38,052 nt of DNA from an uncultured virus (IMG/VR IMGVR_UViG_3300039099_000002) (lineage: Duplodnaviria; Heunggongvirae; Uroviricota; Caudoviricetes). Shown piece after piece: positions 36,880-38,052 of the stretch. Location of the stretch: the IMG/VR virus record IMGVR_UViG_3300039099_000002. One strand, written 5' to 3'. The position numbers and the translations under genes are program-made. The first letter of the stretch is position 1; the number at the start of each line of letters is the position of its first letter. Under the pieces are notes generated by a model. It worked only from the letters and a program-made list of their open reading frames with translations. It was not told the origin of the DNA and did no database searches.

Positions 36880-37312
36880 TATTTATTTAGATATACAAAT
36901 ATTATCACAATATTATCTGGGGCGCAATCTACATCGTAAAAATATTTAGATAAAAGTTACTACTTTGGCTAAATATTTTTACGACACCTTTATCAATCGG
37001 TTTTTAGCAGCATCAGCGACAACTTTAGCCGACGCTATATTTTCAATCCTTTTTTGCTAAAATATGATTTTACTTTTTGCAAAGACAAGACAATATGGTT
37101 ATCTTCTTTGACATCTAAACCTTAGCTGACTCCATAAAGTTTCTGCTGCACAACATATTCAGTTCGTAGCTTTCTCCCGCTGTGTTATGTAAAACTAAAA
37201 ACCCACCTTACACACACAAGGAGTCTTTCAAAGATTGGTATACCGTATTTTCTTCTGTGGTTAAACTCATGTTTTTACCTTCCATTATTTAGTGTTGTTG
37301 TTTGGTGAAAGC

Positions 37313-37495
37313 TTATTGATCAATAGTTGTGGCGATCGCTATATCATTGGATCTAGCTTGTTCCAGGAGGGCTGCGATCGCAATTGTTTGATCAAGTGAT
37401 ATCCCATGTTGATTACTCAATCTCTTTAAAAGTAAAATAGTGTCACTAACATCATCAACTGTTACGCGACCATACTGCTTCTCTTCGGTTTCCAT
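37313..37495 (-). CDS. Small hypothetical protein
   Basis: 60-aa ORF containing two HIP1 sites. Confidence 0.5.
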   Translation of the reverse strand: METEEKQYGRVTVDDVSDTILLLKRLSNQHGISLDQTIAIAALLEQARSNDIAIATTIDQ

Positions 37496-37572
37496 TTTAT
37501 TCTCTATGTAAATGAATGATTGTGTGATATAATAATAGCACTATCTTGGCTAAATATTATTAAAAAGCGCGA

Positions 37573-38052
37573 TTATTGTTTTTCTTGCAGCTTGTTTATC
37601 ACCTGTTGTGCTGCATATTCGCCTTGGCTATTTAATTGTCTTTGCCAAGCTTCGTGATAATCAGGTTTAAATTCCACAGCTTTGTCGTAGGAAGATATGG
37701 CTTCTTCATACCTGCCTAAATTGTCTAGGGAAATGCCCCGGTTGTACCAAGCTTCGTGATAATCAGGTTTAAATTCCACAGCTTTGTCGTAGGAAGATAT
37801 GGCTTCTTCATACCTGCCTAAATTGTCTAGGGAAATGCCCCGGTTGTACCAAGCTTCGTGATAATCAGGTTTANNNNNNNNNNNNNNNNNNNNNNNNNNN
37901 NNNNNNNNNNNNNNNNNNNNNNNNNNNNNNNNNNNNNNNNNNNNNNNNNNNNNNNNNNNNNNNNNNNNNNNNNAATTCCACAGCTTTGTCGTAGGAAGAT
38001 ATGGCTTCTTCATAATTTTTTCTAACTCTTTGCAAATAACCTAATTCAAAAA
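37573..38052 (-). CDS. Tetratricopeptide-repeat protein, 3' part (spans an N gap; starts outside the window)
   Basis: Identical 102-bp/34-aa repeats KPDYHEAWYNRGISLDNLGRYEEAISSYDKAVEF; beyond the gap the frame reads FELGYLQRVRKNYEEAISSYDKAVE. Confidence 0.9.

Noticed and set aside
37644..38012. 102-bp identical repeats as a non-coding array
   Set aside because: They are in-frame 34-aa TPR units; the copy number is unresolved because of the N gap.

Overview
AT-rich window from a filamentous cyanobacterium, judged by many HIP1 GCGATCGC octamers, a cyanobacterial-type thymidylate kinase at the left edge and a cyanobacterial-type TPR gene at the right edge. Between them lie about 37 kb of a large phage-like or phage-plasmid-like element, probably partly decayed. 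It is made mostly of small hypothetical genes, many behind copies of one conserved sigma70-type promoter and separated by long perfect inverted repeats. Recognisable genes are a RuvC-like resolvase, a C5 DNA methyltransferase, a 1249-aa baseplate-hub-like protein with three peptidoglycan hydrolase domains (GH19, amidase, M23), a contractile-tail tube/baseplate-like protein, a degenerate FHA protein, a membrane-anchored FtsK/SpoIIIE ATPase, an HTH protein and a tRNA(CAU). There are also IS200/IS605 remnants and several pseudogenes. No integrase, terminase, capsid, Cas or reverse transcriptase is visible. Two non-coding signals stand out. (1) A ~500-nt, promoter-driven, densely structured candidate large ncRNA at ~2810-3307 (-). 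(2) A dispersed module (inverted-repeat box + promoter + lead unit + G-rich ~159-bp repeats) at several loci, including a 5-unit tandem array at 15.7-16.7 kb. All homology calls come from motif recognition by eye, not from database searches.
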